Shown piece after piece: positions 7,696 through 16,321 of a stretch of DNA of 20,000 nucleotides. Below the pieces are notes generated by a model that did not search any database, had not been told where the DNA came from, and saw only the letters and a program-made list of their open reading frames with translations. A program made the position numbers and the translations under genes. The DNA lies in the NCBI GenBank assembly GCA_002410925.1, contig DHPR01000012.1:330669-350668 (forward strand), written 5' to 3'. Numbering within the stretch: position 1 is the stretch's first letter; every line of letters begins with the position of its first letter. The DNA is from a bacterium UBP13_UBA5359. Its GTDB lineage: Bacteria > UBP13 > UBA5359.

Positions 7696-9052
7696 AGTAA
7701 TTATTTTGATAACTTCTTGGAATAATCTTCATTATACTCTTAAATGCCTGGAATCTCTAAAAAGATGCACCCTTGATACGGATAATTACAAGTTTGAATT
7801 CGTTGTCATAGATGATTGCTCAACTGATGACGGTTTGCTCGAGGTACTATCAGCCGTGGCCGGGGTCAGGCTTATCCGTTTAACAGAGAATAGAGGCATC
7901 ACACATTGCTGGAATCGTGGTTTTCGTGAATATAAGGAGACGCACGATATAATCATTTTTTGTAATAATGATGTGATTTTCAGCCCTGGCTGGGCAGAGA
8001 AGCTGTGTGATTCTCTTGTGGGCGAAAGGTTGGATTTTGTCGGCCCGCTCACTAATACGCCGGGATTTATCGATAAGCAGGATATCAGAAGATACTGCAA
8101 GAAGTATATCCATAGTGATGAAGTAGAGAGTATCAATGCTACGGCTCGCTGCATCGCTGATGGCGGCTGGCGGCGGATAAGCAAGATCAATGGCTTTTGC
8201 ATGTGCGTGCGCATGGAGTTTCTATGCCGGAATGTCTTGCCGGATGGCAATGTGTTCGATCCTGCCAACATCATCTTTAAATCGGATGATGAGATACAAT
8301 CACGAACGAAGCCGCGTGCAGGAATATGCTTGAGCAGCTTTGTTTTCCATTACAAGCAGATTTCGGTAGGTCATCTAAAAGACCGCCCTCGCGTAAAGAG
8401 AGTGTATCGTTGTGAAATGAATAATGATCGTATCGGCCGGCAGCAGGTATTATTGAAGATTATCGATGCCGTCAAAACAAAAAAGAGCGAAGCCAGGGCT
8501 ATAGGCCTGATGGCAGCAGTATTGGCGGTGATCTGCATCTTAGCCTATATCTTGGCGGCGCCATTGCCTTCTTCGCATATTCACGATCAGCAGCCTGAAA
8601 AGGAAGAGGCTGGGCAAGGATTGCCTGGCGATATGAAATCGGTTGCGATCAGAGAAGGAAGGTTGATAGGCCAAGAAGATGGACGTAATATATGGGAGCT
8701 GAGTGCTCAAAAGATACAGGCTACGGATGAGAGAGTGATTATGGATAAGACCAGGGCTGTCCTCTTTCGGTCGCAATTACCGGATCTGGTGCTGACCGCT
8801 CCTCATGTAACCTATCTACCGCTGCAGGATACCTGGTCGGCTACAGGCGGTGTTAAGGGAAGCGCCGGACCGGATTTGGAATTACGAATCGGGCGGATGA
8901 GCTACGAGGGTACACAGAGAACTATAAAAGGTGAAGAGGGCGTCGTCCTCTCCGGTCGTTGCTGGCGGCTGGAAGGGAGGCGTCTTGATGCTGATGCGCA
9001 GTTAAAGCGTATTGCTGTGAGAGACAGGGCAAGATTGGAGTATTTTGATTAA
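7688..9052 (+). CDS. GT2 glycosyltransferase - transmembrane helix - LptC-like periplasmic domain fusion
   Basis: N-terminal GT2 (ILITSWNN...TLKCLESL, VVIDDCSTDD, ENRG....WNRG, FCNNDV, VGPLTN, GFCM, FVFHY). Basic patch plus hydrophobic helix at 8498-8563. Beta-rich C-terminal domain (G..DG..IWELSAQKI, LTAP..TY, ATGGVK, I.GEEGVVL.G....LEG..L.AD) resembling LptC. ATG 7688 overlaps the upstream stop and is preferred over 7631. Confidence 0.7.
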   Translation: MHKVIILITSWNNLHYTLKCLESLKRCTLDTDNYKFEFVVIDDCSTDDGLLEVLSAVAGVRLIRLTENRGITHCWNRGFREYKETHDIIIFCNNDVIFSPGWAEKLCDSLVGERLDFVGPLTNTPGFIDKQDIRRYCKKYIHSDEVESINATARCIADGGWRRISKINGFCMCVRMEFLCRNVLPDGNVFDPANIIFKSDDEIQSRTKPRAGICLSSFVFHYKQISVGHLKDRPRVKRVYRCEMNNDRIGRQQVLLKIIDAVKTKKSEARAIGLMAAVLAVICILAYILAAPLPSSHIHDQQPEKEEAGQGLPGDMKSVAIREGRLIGQEDGRNIWELSAQKIQATDERVIMDKTRAVLFRSQLPDLVLTAPHVTYLPLQDTWSATGGVKGSAGPDLELRIGRMSYEGTQRTIKGEEGVVLSGRCWRLEGRRLDADAQLKRIAVRDRARLEYFD

Positions 9053-9063
9053 GGAGCAGGATT

Positions 9064-10050
9064 ATGGAAGGCGCTGTTTGCGAAAAAAAGGCCAGGCAAG
9101 AGATAAGCTCTGATAAAACTTCTCTTAGCCTGGTTATTCCGGTATTTAATGAGGAGGAGGCGTTGCCGCATCTTTACAGCGCCTTGAATGCAATACTTGG
9201 TCATGACAAGAAGTGCGAAATGCTCTTTATAGATGATGGTAGTCATGATAGCAGCCTTGAAGTGCTACAGCGCCTAGAGGAGCAGGATCCCCGGGTAAGA
9301 GTGGTAGCTTTTCGGCGCAACTTCGGTAAGGCCGCAGCGTTGGATTGTGGTTTCAAGGAGGCTCGAGGAAAGGTAATTATTACCATGGATGCCGATCTTC
9401 AGGATGACCCGAAGGAAATCCCCAACTTTCTTTCCAAGCTGAAGGAGGGCTATGATCTGGTCTCCGGCTGGAAATATCATCGCCATGATCCTCTCTCCAA
9501 GACTCTGCCCTCCCGATTGTTTAACCGGGTGACAGCGGCCCTGTCCGGTATTGATTTGCATGATTTCAATTGCGGCTTTAAGGCCTATCGGCGGGAGGTT
9601 GTTCGTGAACTGGAGCTATACGGTGAATTGCATCGTTATATACCGGTTCTGGCTTACTGGAGGGGGTTTAAGGTAGCCGAAATCAAGGTTAAACATAATC
9701 CTCGCCTTTACGGTATCTCTAAATACGGCTGGGAACGCTTTGCCAGAGGTTTTTTCGATCTATTGACCGTAACTTTGCTGACCAGGTATGTTCGGCGGCC
9801 CTTACACTTTTTTGGCTCCATAGGAGCAGGTCTGTTCAGTCTGGGCCTAGTGATAAATATCTATATGTCCGTATTATGGATTACCGGGCACCGGCCTATC
9901 GGCACCAGGCCGCTGTTATTGCTGGGCATATTGCTGCTGATGGTCGGTATTCAGTTTATCTCTACCGGCTTGCTGGGGGAACTGCTTACCAACAGCAATC
10001 GGCGAGAGATGTATTCAGTAGCTTATATGACCGGTCAAAATGAAAATTAA
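9064..10050 (+). CDS. Polyprenyl-phosphate glycosyltransferase (ArnC/GtrB/DPM1-like GT2)
   Basis: LSLVIPVFNEEE, FIDDGSHDSS, RRNFGKAAAL..G, ITMDADLQDDPKEI, GYDLVSGW, DFNCGFKAYRR, ELHRYIP, plus two C-terminal TM helices. SD AAGGAG. Confidence 0.92.
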   Translation: MEGAVCEKKARQEISSDKTSLSLVIPVFNEEEALPHLYSALNAILGHDKKCEMLFIDDGSHDSSLEVLQRLEEQDPRVRVVAFRRNFGKAAALDCGFKEARGKVIITMDADLQDDPKEIPNFLSKLKEGYDLVSGWKYHRHDPLSKTLPSRLFNRVTAALSGIDLHDFNCGFKAYRREVVRELELYGELHRYIPVLAYWRGFKVAEIKVKHNPRLYGISKYGWERFARGFFDLLTVTLLTRYVRRPLHFFGSIGAGLFSLGLVINIYMSVLWITGHRPIGTRPLLLLGILLLMVGIQFISTGLLGELLTNSNRREMYSVAYMTGQNEN

Positions 10051-10966
10051 GCTTACCGGCACGCCGATCAAAATTCTTACGACCGCCATTCTAATGATTT
10101 TGGTTATCAGGAGCCTCTCTTTGGAACGTATTGCTTCTCTGATGGGAAGCATCGATACGATTATTCTTTTGCCCGTTCTTCTTGCTGCTATTGCCTTTGT
10201 ATTGCTGAAATGGTGCAAGTGGCATCTCTTGCTGATTGGCAGGACGGAAGCTCTAACCCCGAGCTTATCCATGGCCTCATACCTTATAGGTACGGCTGCC
10301 GGTCTGGTTACACCGGGCCGGGTGGGAGAGTTAGGGCGGGCAGCTCTCTTCAAAGAAGATGACCGTACCAGAGTGGCCGGATTAGTAATTTTTGATAGGA
10401 TGATAGATCTGGTAACGGTGGCTGTCTATGCTCTTGCCGGTCTTTTTGCTGTTAGCCGTTTTCTTGGAACAGTGACGCTGGTCGGTATTATAATTCTAGC
10501 GGCTGTTATTTTTGGCGGCGATGGTGTGATGAAGATTCTAAATAGAATACCGTTGTTCAAAGGACTGTTGAAGCGTTTTCGAGGGTTGGAGATCATGCTC
10601 CAGGGCTGGAGCGGTTTTGATCGTCGGCGCCTTATGATCGTTACAGGTATATCCTTTTTGGCGTTCGGTGTTTCTCTAATCCAGTTTCATCTTCTATCTG
10701 AAGCTCTCTTTCCCGGGGCCTCTTTGTTAGCGGCGCTGATATCATTTCCCGTTCTGGTGCTGGCTAGTGCAGCACCCTTTACCGTATCAGGCTTTGGCGC
10801 CCGAGAGGCTGTTGCCGTACTGATGATGGGGCGTTATGCTATACCTCGAGAGGTAGCTGTTAGCGCCACATTGCTCTCCTTTACATTTAATGTAGCTGTT
10901 CCAGGTCTGGTCGGAGCAGCCTTTCTGCAGCATATCGGCAGGGATAAAACCGATACTTCCGTTTAA
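10040..10966 (+). CDS. Lysylphosphatidylglycerol-synthase TM-domain (UPF0104, flippase-like) membrane protein
   Basis: Multi-TM protein with LK..KW..LL, VTPGRVGELGRA, FDRMIDL and PFTVSGFGARE motifs. Confidence 0.85.
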   Translation: MKIKLTGTPIKILTTAILMILVIRSLSLERIASLMGSIDTIILLPVLLAAIAFVLLKWCKWHLLLIGRTEALTPSLSMASYLIGTAAGLVTPGRVGELGRAALFKEDDRTRVAGLVIFDRMIDLVTVAVYALAGLFAVSRFLGTVTLVGIIILAAVIFGGDGVMKILNRIPLFKGLLKRFRGLEIMLQGWSGFDRRRLMIVTGISFLAFGVSLIQFHLLSEALFPGASLLAALISFPVLVLASAAPFTVSGFGAREAVAVLMMGRYAIPREVAVSATLLSFTFNVAVPGLVGAAFLQHIGRDKTDTSV

Positions 10967-11031
10967 GGATTGGCAAGAGAGAGTGTTAATGTTAAATTAT
11001 ACATGGCTGTTTGAACGGCGGCCGGCAGGAT

Positions 11032-11946
11032 ATGATGATTAAACCCGAAAAATGGAGAATAATAGATCCTTATCAGGTTCCCGGTAAGTATTTCAGAGCA
11101 CAGCTCCACTGTCATACGACCCTCTCTGACGGTCGGTTATCTCCGGCTGAGGCGACGAAGTTCTATTGTCAGCGAGGTTTTTCTATTCTGTGCATTACCG
11201 ACCATGCTCGCCGAACCGATACGGAGGGACTCTCCTCAGAGCAAATAATGGTTATATCCGGCCGGGAAATTACGGTATGCCGCCCTCCCTGGTCGCTGGG
11301 AAAGCATTTAGTGCTGTTAGGCGATGCAACCGGACGGCAGAAAGAGCTGCTTGAAGAGGTTGCCGGCGATCCATTTTTAGGTGTAGCCATGGCGGCACAC
11401 CCTTCCTGGAAGGGTAATTTTGGCAGCGGGCAGTGGGCGGAACGAAATCTGATTGCTTTACCCGGGTTGCGTCTGGTGGAGACGCGTAATCCTCACTCTT
11501 CCGCAAAAGAGGATATGGTTCGCTGGCAGCGGGCTCTTGTGGCCAGAGGCCCGGGGAAGCCTCTTTGGGGAACAGCGGTGGATGATTTGCACGAGCTTCA
11601 TCAGGCCGGCACCGGTTGGGTTGAGGTAAAGATGGCCGGCTTGAACAGAGAGGAGTTTTTTGCTGCCTTGCACAGGGGTTCTTTTTACATGAGCAATGGT
11701 CCTCAGGCCGAATTCAGCGTTGAGGCCGGTGCTATAATTGCCCATAGTCCCGGGGCAGTCATTAATTGCAGTGATGCCGATGGCCGTACTCGTGCGGAAA
11801 AGAAGGATAGATTGGAATACCATCCTTCGGGAGAAGAGGGCTTTTTAATAGTACATTGTCGAGATGAACAAGAAGGCTGGGCCTGCTCCCAGCCATTCTG
11901 GATAATTAAAAATGAAACAGGAGAGAACGATGGATCTGCTGGATAA
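11032..11946 (+). CDS. PHP-superfamily metallohydrolase (CehA/McbA-like)
   Basis: QLHCHTTLSDG, CITDH, GREIT, HL, AAHP, VDDLH, AL.RG.FY.SNGP, and terminal AxSQPFW. Start is ATG 11032 or 11035; the ORF track gives TTG 11011. Confidence 0.85.
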   Translation: MMIKPEKWRIIDPYQVPGKYFRAQLHCHTTLSDGRLSPAEATKFYCQRGFSILCITDHARRTDTEGLSSEQIMVISGREITVCRPPWSLGKHLVLLGDATGRQKELLEEVAGDPFLGVAMAAHPSWKGNFGSGQWAERNLIALPGLRLVETRNPHSSAKEDMVRWQRALVARGPGKPLWGTAVDDLHELHQAGTGWVEVKMAGLNREEFFAALHRGSFYMSNGPQAEFSVEAGAIIAHSPGAVINCSDADGRTRAEKKDRLEYHPSGEEGFLIVHCRDEQEGWACSQPFWIIKNETGENDGSAG

Positions 11947-13576
11947 TTTGCTGAAAAGAAAAGGCCTGGCAGTGCTGCTGCTGCTGTTGTGGGGGAGTAT
12001 TATTCTTTTTACCGGCATAGGTGCCTTCAGCCTGACTGAAGTGGATGAGGCCCGTTTTGCTGAGGCGGCCAGGGAAATGCTGGTAAGGCAGGAGTTTCTC
12101 AGTCCCTATTTCAATTATGCGCCTTATTTTAACAAGCCGCCGCTTTATATGTGGCTGACCGCTGCGACTTACAGCCTGCTGGGAATCAGCGAGATAACAG
12201 CCCGCTTATGGTCTGCCTTGTTCGGGCTGGGCACTATGCTGGTAGTCTTTGCTATGGGCGAGCTGCTTTTTAACCGCCGGGTAGGATTTATAGCTGCTTT
12301 AATCCTTATAACCGGTCTGCAATGGACAGCCGAATCTCGGCTGGGCCTGCTTAATATAGGCGTCTCCTTTTTTATAACACTCAGTTTGCTGGCGCTGCTG
12401 CTGGCGGTAAAGCGAGAACGCCCGCAGTACTATCTGCTCTTCTTTCTATCGATGGGGTTGGGAGTTCTTATGAAAGGGCCTATTGCGATTATATTTCCCG
12501 GCCTTATAGGGATTCTTTACCTTGTTTATGCCCGACGGTTGAGAGATCTTGCTTCTCCGTGGACTATTGCCGGAGCTTGCCTTATGCTGGCTGTAGCTTT
12601 ACCCTGGCATATAGTTCAATGGCTGCGTTTCGGCCATGATTTTCTGGGGACATACTTTGGTTATCATATGGTGGAGCGGTATACCTGTTCTATTGAAGGA
12701 CATGGAGAACCACAATACTATTATTTGCTGGTGCTGGCGTTGGGGATGCTGCCGTGGAGTGGCTTTATGCCTGGAGCGCTGGCTCTTTCCGGCAGGCTAT
12801 GGCGCAAACACAGGGAGGGAATACTCTTCCTCTTGTTATGGTTCGCTTGCATATACGCTTTTTTTGCCGTCGGCAGGACAAAGCTGCCGGGATATATAAC
12901 TCCTCTTTATCCCTGTTTATCACTCTTTCTGGCCGCCTTTATCGGCAGCAGAGAGGGACAGGGGCGTTGGCTGAGGGTTTCTTATCTCTCATTGTTTATT
13001 CTGGGTTTATTGCTATTGGTAGCTGTACCCGCTCTGCAACAGCAAATTCAGCCGAAGTACCATTTCTATATAAGATTTATCCTCTATATGGGTATAACAT
13101 CTACTGTAGGCGGGCTGGCCGGCTGGCTGCTGTTGCGCCTGGCCCGGCGGACGGATATAGCTATCGCCTTTGGAGCGCTGGTGGCAGTAATTATGGTTGG
13201 CGTGTTGCACCTGGGTGCTCTGCCGATGTGGGATATCCATAAGCCTGTCAAGCCGTTATCCCGGATTGCTGCTACCATTATGAAGCCCGATGATGGTATA
13301 GCCAGTTATAAGCTGGGAGAGAACAGCTCCCCATTCTATTTGCGGCGACATGTGCGATTGTTCGATACGCCCGATCAGCTTTCAAGCTGGCTCTCCTCCT
13401 CCGATGCTCGTTACGCCATGCTGCCGGAGGCAAAGCTGGCAGAGGTGGAGGTGAGCTCCGATAGAAAGCTTATGGTTATCAGCAAATACAGGGAGTATCT
13501 GCTGATAACGAATCGGACGGAGGGAAAAGAGAGATCAAATGCTCGGGATTTGGATGCCCAAAAGGTGAACCGTTAA
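11930..13576 (+). CDS. ArnT-like GT-C glycosyltransferase (GT83/GT39, PMT_2 type)
   Basis: DEARFAEAAREML, YFNKPPLYMWL, ARLWSAL, LMKGP, ALPW, GH.EP.YYY, LPWS, TKLPGYITPLYP and many TM helices. ATG 11930 has SD AGGAG; the ORF track gives 11912. Confidence 0.9.
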   Translation: MDLLDNLLKRKGLAVLLLLLWGSIILFTGIGAFSLTEVDEARFAEAAREMLVRQEFLSPYFNYAPYFNKPPLYMWLTAATYSLLGISEITARLWSALFGLGTMLVVFAMGELLFNRRVGFIAALILITGLQWTAESRLGLLNIGVSFFITLSLLALLLAVKRERPQYYLLFFLSMGLGVLMKGPIAIIFPGLIGILYLVYARRLRDLASPWTIAGACLMLAVALPWHIVQWLRFGHDFLGTYFGYHMVERYTCSIEGHGEPQYYYLLVLALGMLPWSGFMPGALALSGRLWRKHREGILFLLLWFACIYAFFAVGRTKLPGYITPLYPCLSLFLAAFIGSREGQGRWLRVSYLSLFILGLLLLVAVPALQQQIQPKYHFYIRFILYMGITSTVGGLAGWLLLRLARRTDIAIAFGALVAVIMVGVLHLGALPMWDIHKPVKPLSRIAATIMKPDDGIASYKLGENSSPFYLRRHVRLFDTPDQLSSWLSSSDARYAMLPEAKLAEVEVSSDRKLMVISKYREYLLITNRTEGKERSNARDLDAQKVNR

Positions 13577-13673
13577 CGGTGAACAGCGCCTGCAGGGTGC
13601 GCAGAGGAGGCATGCATGGAAAACCTGGAACCAACAAATAACCAACAACCGATAACAGCGCCTGCAGGGCGCG
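13564..13673. repeat. Two-copy 20-bp palindromic repeat, each copy preceded by heptamer-like repeats
   Basis: AACAGCGCCTGCAGGG(T/C)GCG at 13582-13601 and 13654-13673 (19/20 identical, 72 bp apart). The first copy is preceded by GGTGAAC-CGTTAAC-GGTGAAC and the second by TAACCAA-CAACCGA-TAACAGC; the last heptamer of each run overlaps the repeat. Confidence 0.75.
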
Positions 13674-14578
13674 ATACTGTTCTGCATGAAATCGGCAGAG
13701 TGATAGAAAGCCTGCCGGCATACGGCAAGCATCATATCTTGCGTATCCATGCTCCGAAGAGCGCAGCTGTAATTAAGCCGGGGCAATTTTTGCATATTTA
13801 TTGCAACGGCCCTATCGTGCAAATATCCGAAAGGTTGGTAGATCCTGTTCCGGAACCCTCCGGCTTGAAACGCCTGAAGCGCAAGCCCTTGCTAAGGCGG
13901 CCAATCAGTGTATTCCGCCGCGATTCAGACCAGGGGGAGATCTCTATTCTCTTTCGTCAGGTCGGTTTAGGGACAGAGGCCTTGTCCGCGTATGGAGCTG
14001 GCGATAATGTGGATATCCTGGGACCTCTGGGCCGTGGTTTTGATTTGGACGGTGATGCTCCTGCATTGCTTATAGCCGGGGGTATAGGCATAGCGCCTTT
14101 GACGGCGCTGGCGGCAGAGCTTCTTGGGCGAGGGCGTTCGGTAACGGTGCTGGCCGGGATGAGAGATGCTCTTTCCTTCCCGTTGCTGCTGGACAACAGC
14201 AGCACGATCCTGGGCTGCAAAGCCGGCATAGCTCTGATGTGTGAAATGGGCGCAGTTTCAGCTGTAGCTTCAGAGGCGGGCGAGCCGGGAACGCATCCGG
14301 GGCTGGTCACCGGATTACTGGAGATATTTCTGGAGCAAGAGAGAGCAGAGGATTATGAAGCCTTTGTATGTGGACCCGGGATAATGATGGCTCGGGTATC
14401 GAAGATGCTGACGGAGGCGGGAGTGCCGGGACAGGCTCTGCTTGAAGAACGTATGGGTTGCGGTATAGGTGCCTGTATGGCCTGTGTCTGCCGCACCCGG
14501 ACAAGAGGGGAAGAGACTAAATACAGCCGGGTATGCGTCGACGGGCCGGTGTTTGATATCAAGGAGGTGGTCTGGTGA
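13616..14578 (+). CDS. pyrK: Dihydroorotate dehydrogenase electron transfer subunit
   Basis: KPGQF, PLLRRPIS, VG.GT, LGPLGRGF, AGGIGIAP, CGP..MM, and the 2Fe-2S motif LEERMGCGIGACMACVC...RVCVDGPVF. SD GGAGG. Overlaps pyrD. Confidence 0.92.
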   Translation: MENLEPTNNQQPITAPAGRDTVLHEIGRVIESLPAYGKHHILRIHAPKSAAVIKPGQFLHIYCNGPIVQISERLVDPVPEPSGLKRLKRKPLLRRPISVFRRDSDQGEISILFRQVGLGTEALSAYGAGDNVDILGPLGRGFDLDGDAPALLIAGGIGIAPLTALAAELLGRGRSVTVLAGMRDALSFPLLLDNSSTILGCKAGIALMCEMGAVSAVASEAGEPGTHPGLVTGLLEIFLEQERAEDYEAFVCGPGIMMARVSKMLTEAGVPGQALLEERMGCGIGACMACVCRTRTRGEETKYSRVCVDGPVFDIKEVVW

Positions 14579-15546
14579 TGACGGGGGGTGTCAGAACGAA
14601 TCTTGAGGTTGCCGGAGTAAGCTTGAAAAACCCGGTGCTGATCGCTTCCGGAGTTTGCGGATATGGCCTGGATTTTCGGCGTCTGGCCGATTACCGGCCG
14701 GAGGCTGTCGGAGGGTTAGTTCTTAAAGGAACCACGCTGAAACCGCGTGACGGTAATCCTCCTGTCAGGCTGGTGGAAACAGCCGGGGGAGTGCTCAATT
14801 CTATCGGCTTGCAGAATATCGGCGTGGATGCTCTTATCAGTGATGTGCTGCCGCAACTGGCCGGAAACAGCTCGGCAGTAATCTTGAATATAGCCGGACA
14901 TGAGATGGGAGAGTATGTCACTGTAGCAGAGCGTCTGGCTGCCGTCGGCGGGTTCAATGCCCTGGAAGTCAACATCTCCTGCCCCAACGTCGCCAAAGGC
15001 GGCATGGCTTTTGGCACAGAGCCCTGTACGGCGGCGGAGGTAATAGGCGCAGTGTCACGTGCCGTGAGCGGCCGGTTCCCCGTGATAGCCAAGCTCTCTT
15101 CTGCGGCCGGTGATATTGCCGCTGTTGGTTTGGCCTGTGTGCAAGCCGGGGCCGATGCCCTCTCGCTTATCAATACCGTTCCCGGCATGGCCATAGATGC
15201 CCGTCGTCGCCGGCCGGTGCTGGCCAATGGAGTTGGAGGCCTCTCCGGTCCTGCTATAAAACCCATAGCTTTGCTTAGGGTACGGCAGGTGTTTCTGGCA
15301 CTGAAAAAAGCCCATAAGAATATTCCTCTTATCGGCATGGGCGGTATAGTTACTGCTGAGGATGCTATGGAGTTCATCCTGGCCGGAGCCACAGCGGTAC
15401 AGATAGGCACAGCTACCTTCTACGATCCTCAGATAGGAGCCAGAGTGGCCGAGGGACTGGAAGAGATTCTGCTGGATAATTATCGTTGCAGCGGCCAGGA
15501 TAAAGACCTGGATATACGACACTATATCGGAGCCCTGGAGGATTAG
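14575..15546 (+). CDS. pyrD: Dihydroorotate dehydrogenase class 1B, catalytic subunit
   Basis: LKNPVLIASG, K.TT..PR.GNPP.R, NSIGLQN.G, EVNISCPNV..GG, SLINT, GGLSGPAIKPIA, IGMGGI, AGATAVQIGTA. SD AAGGAGG. Start is GTG 14575 or ATG 14578. Confidence 0.96.
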   Translation: MMTGGVRTNLEVAGVSLKNPVLIASGVCGYGLDFRRLADYRPEAVGGLVLKGTTLKPRDGNPPVRLVETAGGVLNSIGLQNIGVDALISDVLPQLAGNSSAVILNIAGHEMGEYVTVAERLAAVGGFNALEVNISCPNVAKGGMAFGTEPCTAAEVIGAVSRAVSGRFPVIAKLSSAAGDIAAVGLACVQAGADALSLINTVPGMAIDARRRRPVLANGVGGLSGPAIKPIALLRVRQVFLALKKAHKNIPLIGMGGIVTAEDAMEFILAGATAVQIGTATFYDPQIGARVAEGLEEILLDNYRCSGQDKDLDIRHYIGALED

Positions 15547-15595
15547 AGAAGAAGAGTGGAGTATGAGCGCCATACGTTTAGCATATAGGCCGGCT

Positions 15596-16279
15596 TTAAC
15601 TCGATAGCTTGAGAATAAGAGCATCGAGGTTCTCATACATTTCTGCGGGGTCACCGTAAATGGCCACAGCTCCTCCGAGTTCATTGGACTGGAAAGCGCC
15701 TGTAAGCAAAGCTACACAGCGTAATCCGACAGCATTTGCAGAGGCTATATCATAAGGGGTATCTCCAACTGCCGTTAGCGATTCAACCGGCAGAGAGAGC
15801 CGTTCCAGCATGCTCTTGAAGATATCCGAGGCAGGCTTTGTCTGTTCGACATCGGAGGCGGTAATGACCGTATCCACTATATCGCTTGCTCCCAGCAGCG
15901 CTATATATCGTCGGATCTCATGGCCTTTACCGGAACTGGCCAAGCCCAGTTTAAAACCGCGGCTTTTAATTTCGTTCAGCAGCAGGGCGGCCATAGGGAA
16001 AGTCCGGACCCGATGAAGATATTTTTCTCGAAAAATATCGCTATGGCGTTTATCGATGCGAGTGATCATGGTTGCCAGGGTTGCCGCATCCAGTTTCTCA
16101 TCAGCCAGAAGATAGGGCACCAGCTTGTCGCCCCCTTTGCCGATCTGATCGTGGATAACAGCGCGGCCCTGCGCCAATCCGGCTTCAGCAAAAGCTGAAT
16201 ACCAAGCCTCTACATGAAAACCGACACTATCCACCAGTGTGCCATCAACATCAAAAATGAAGCCTTTGAGCTCAGTCAT
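15596..16279 (-). CDS. HAD-superfamily hydrolase (subfamily IA)
   Basis: Motif I FIFDVDGTLVDS, motif II LASS, motif III KP..DIF, motif IV VGDTPYD. SD AAGGAGG upstream on the minus strand. Confidence 0.92.
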   Translation of the reverse strand: MTELKGFIFDVDGTLVDSVGFHVEAWYSAFAEAGLAQGRAVIHDQIGKGGDKLVPYLLADEKLDAATLATMITRIDKRHSDIFREKYLHRVRTFPMAALLLNEIKSRGFKLGLASSGKGHEIRRYIALLGASDIVDTVITASDVEQTKPASDIFKSMLERLSLPVESLTAVGDTPYDIASANAVGLRCVALLTGAFQSNELGGAVAIYGDPAEMYENLDALILKLSS

Positions 16280-16321
16280 ATTTCCTCCTTACGACCAGCT
16301 ATATACCCTTAATCATGTGAA

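Noticed and set aside
13582-13673. Two repeats 72 bp apart as a mini CRISPR array
   Set aside because: Only two 20-bp copies. The intervening 52 bp contains the pyrK SD and start codon, and there are no cas genes.
14691-15410. 239-aa Ala/Pro/Ser/Thr-rich minus-strand ORF, plus 15055-15684, 16458-16856 and 16893-17306
   Set aside because: Antisense mirrors of the GC-rich pyrD and oxidoreductase genes, with the composition typical of reverse-frame artefacts.
15562-15575. Small hairpin GTATG-AGCG-CATAC between convergent pyrD and the HAD gene as a terminator
   Set aside because: The 5-bp AT-rich stem has no adequate T tract on either strand and is too weak to call.
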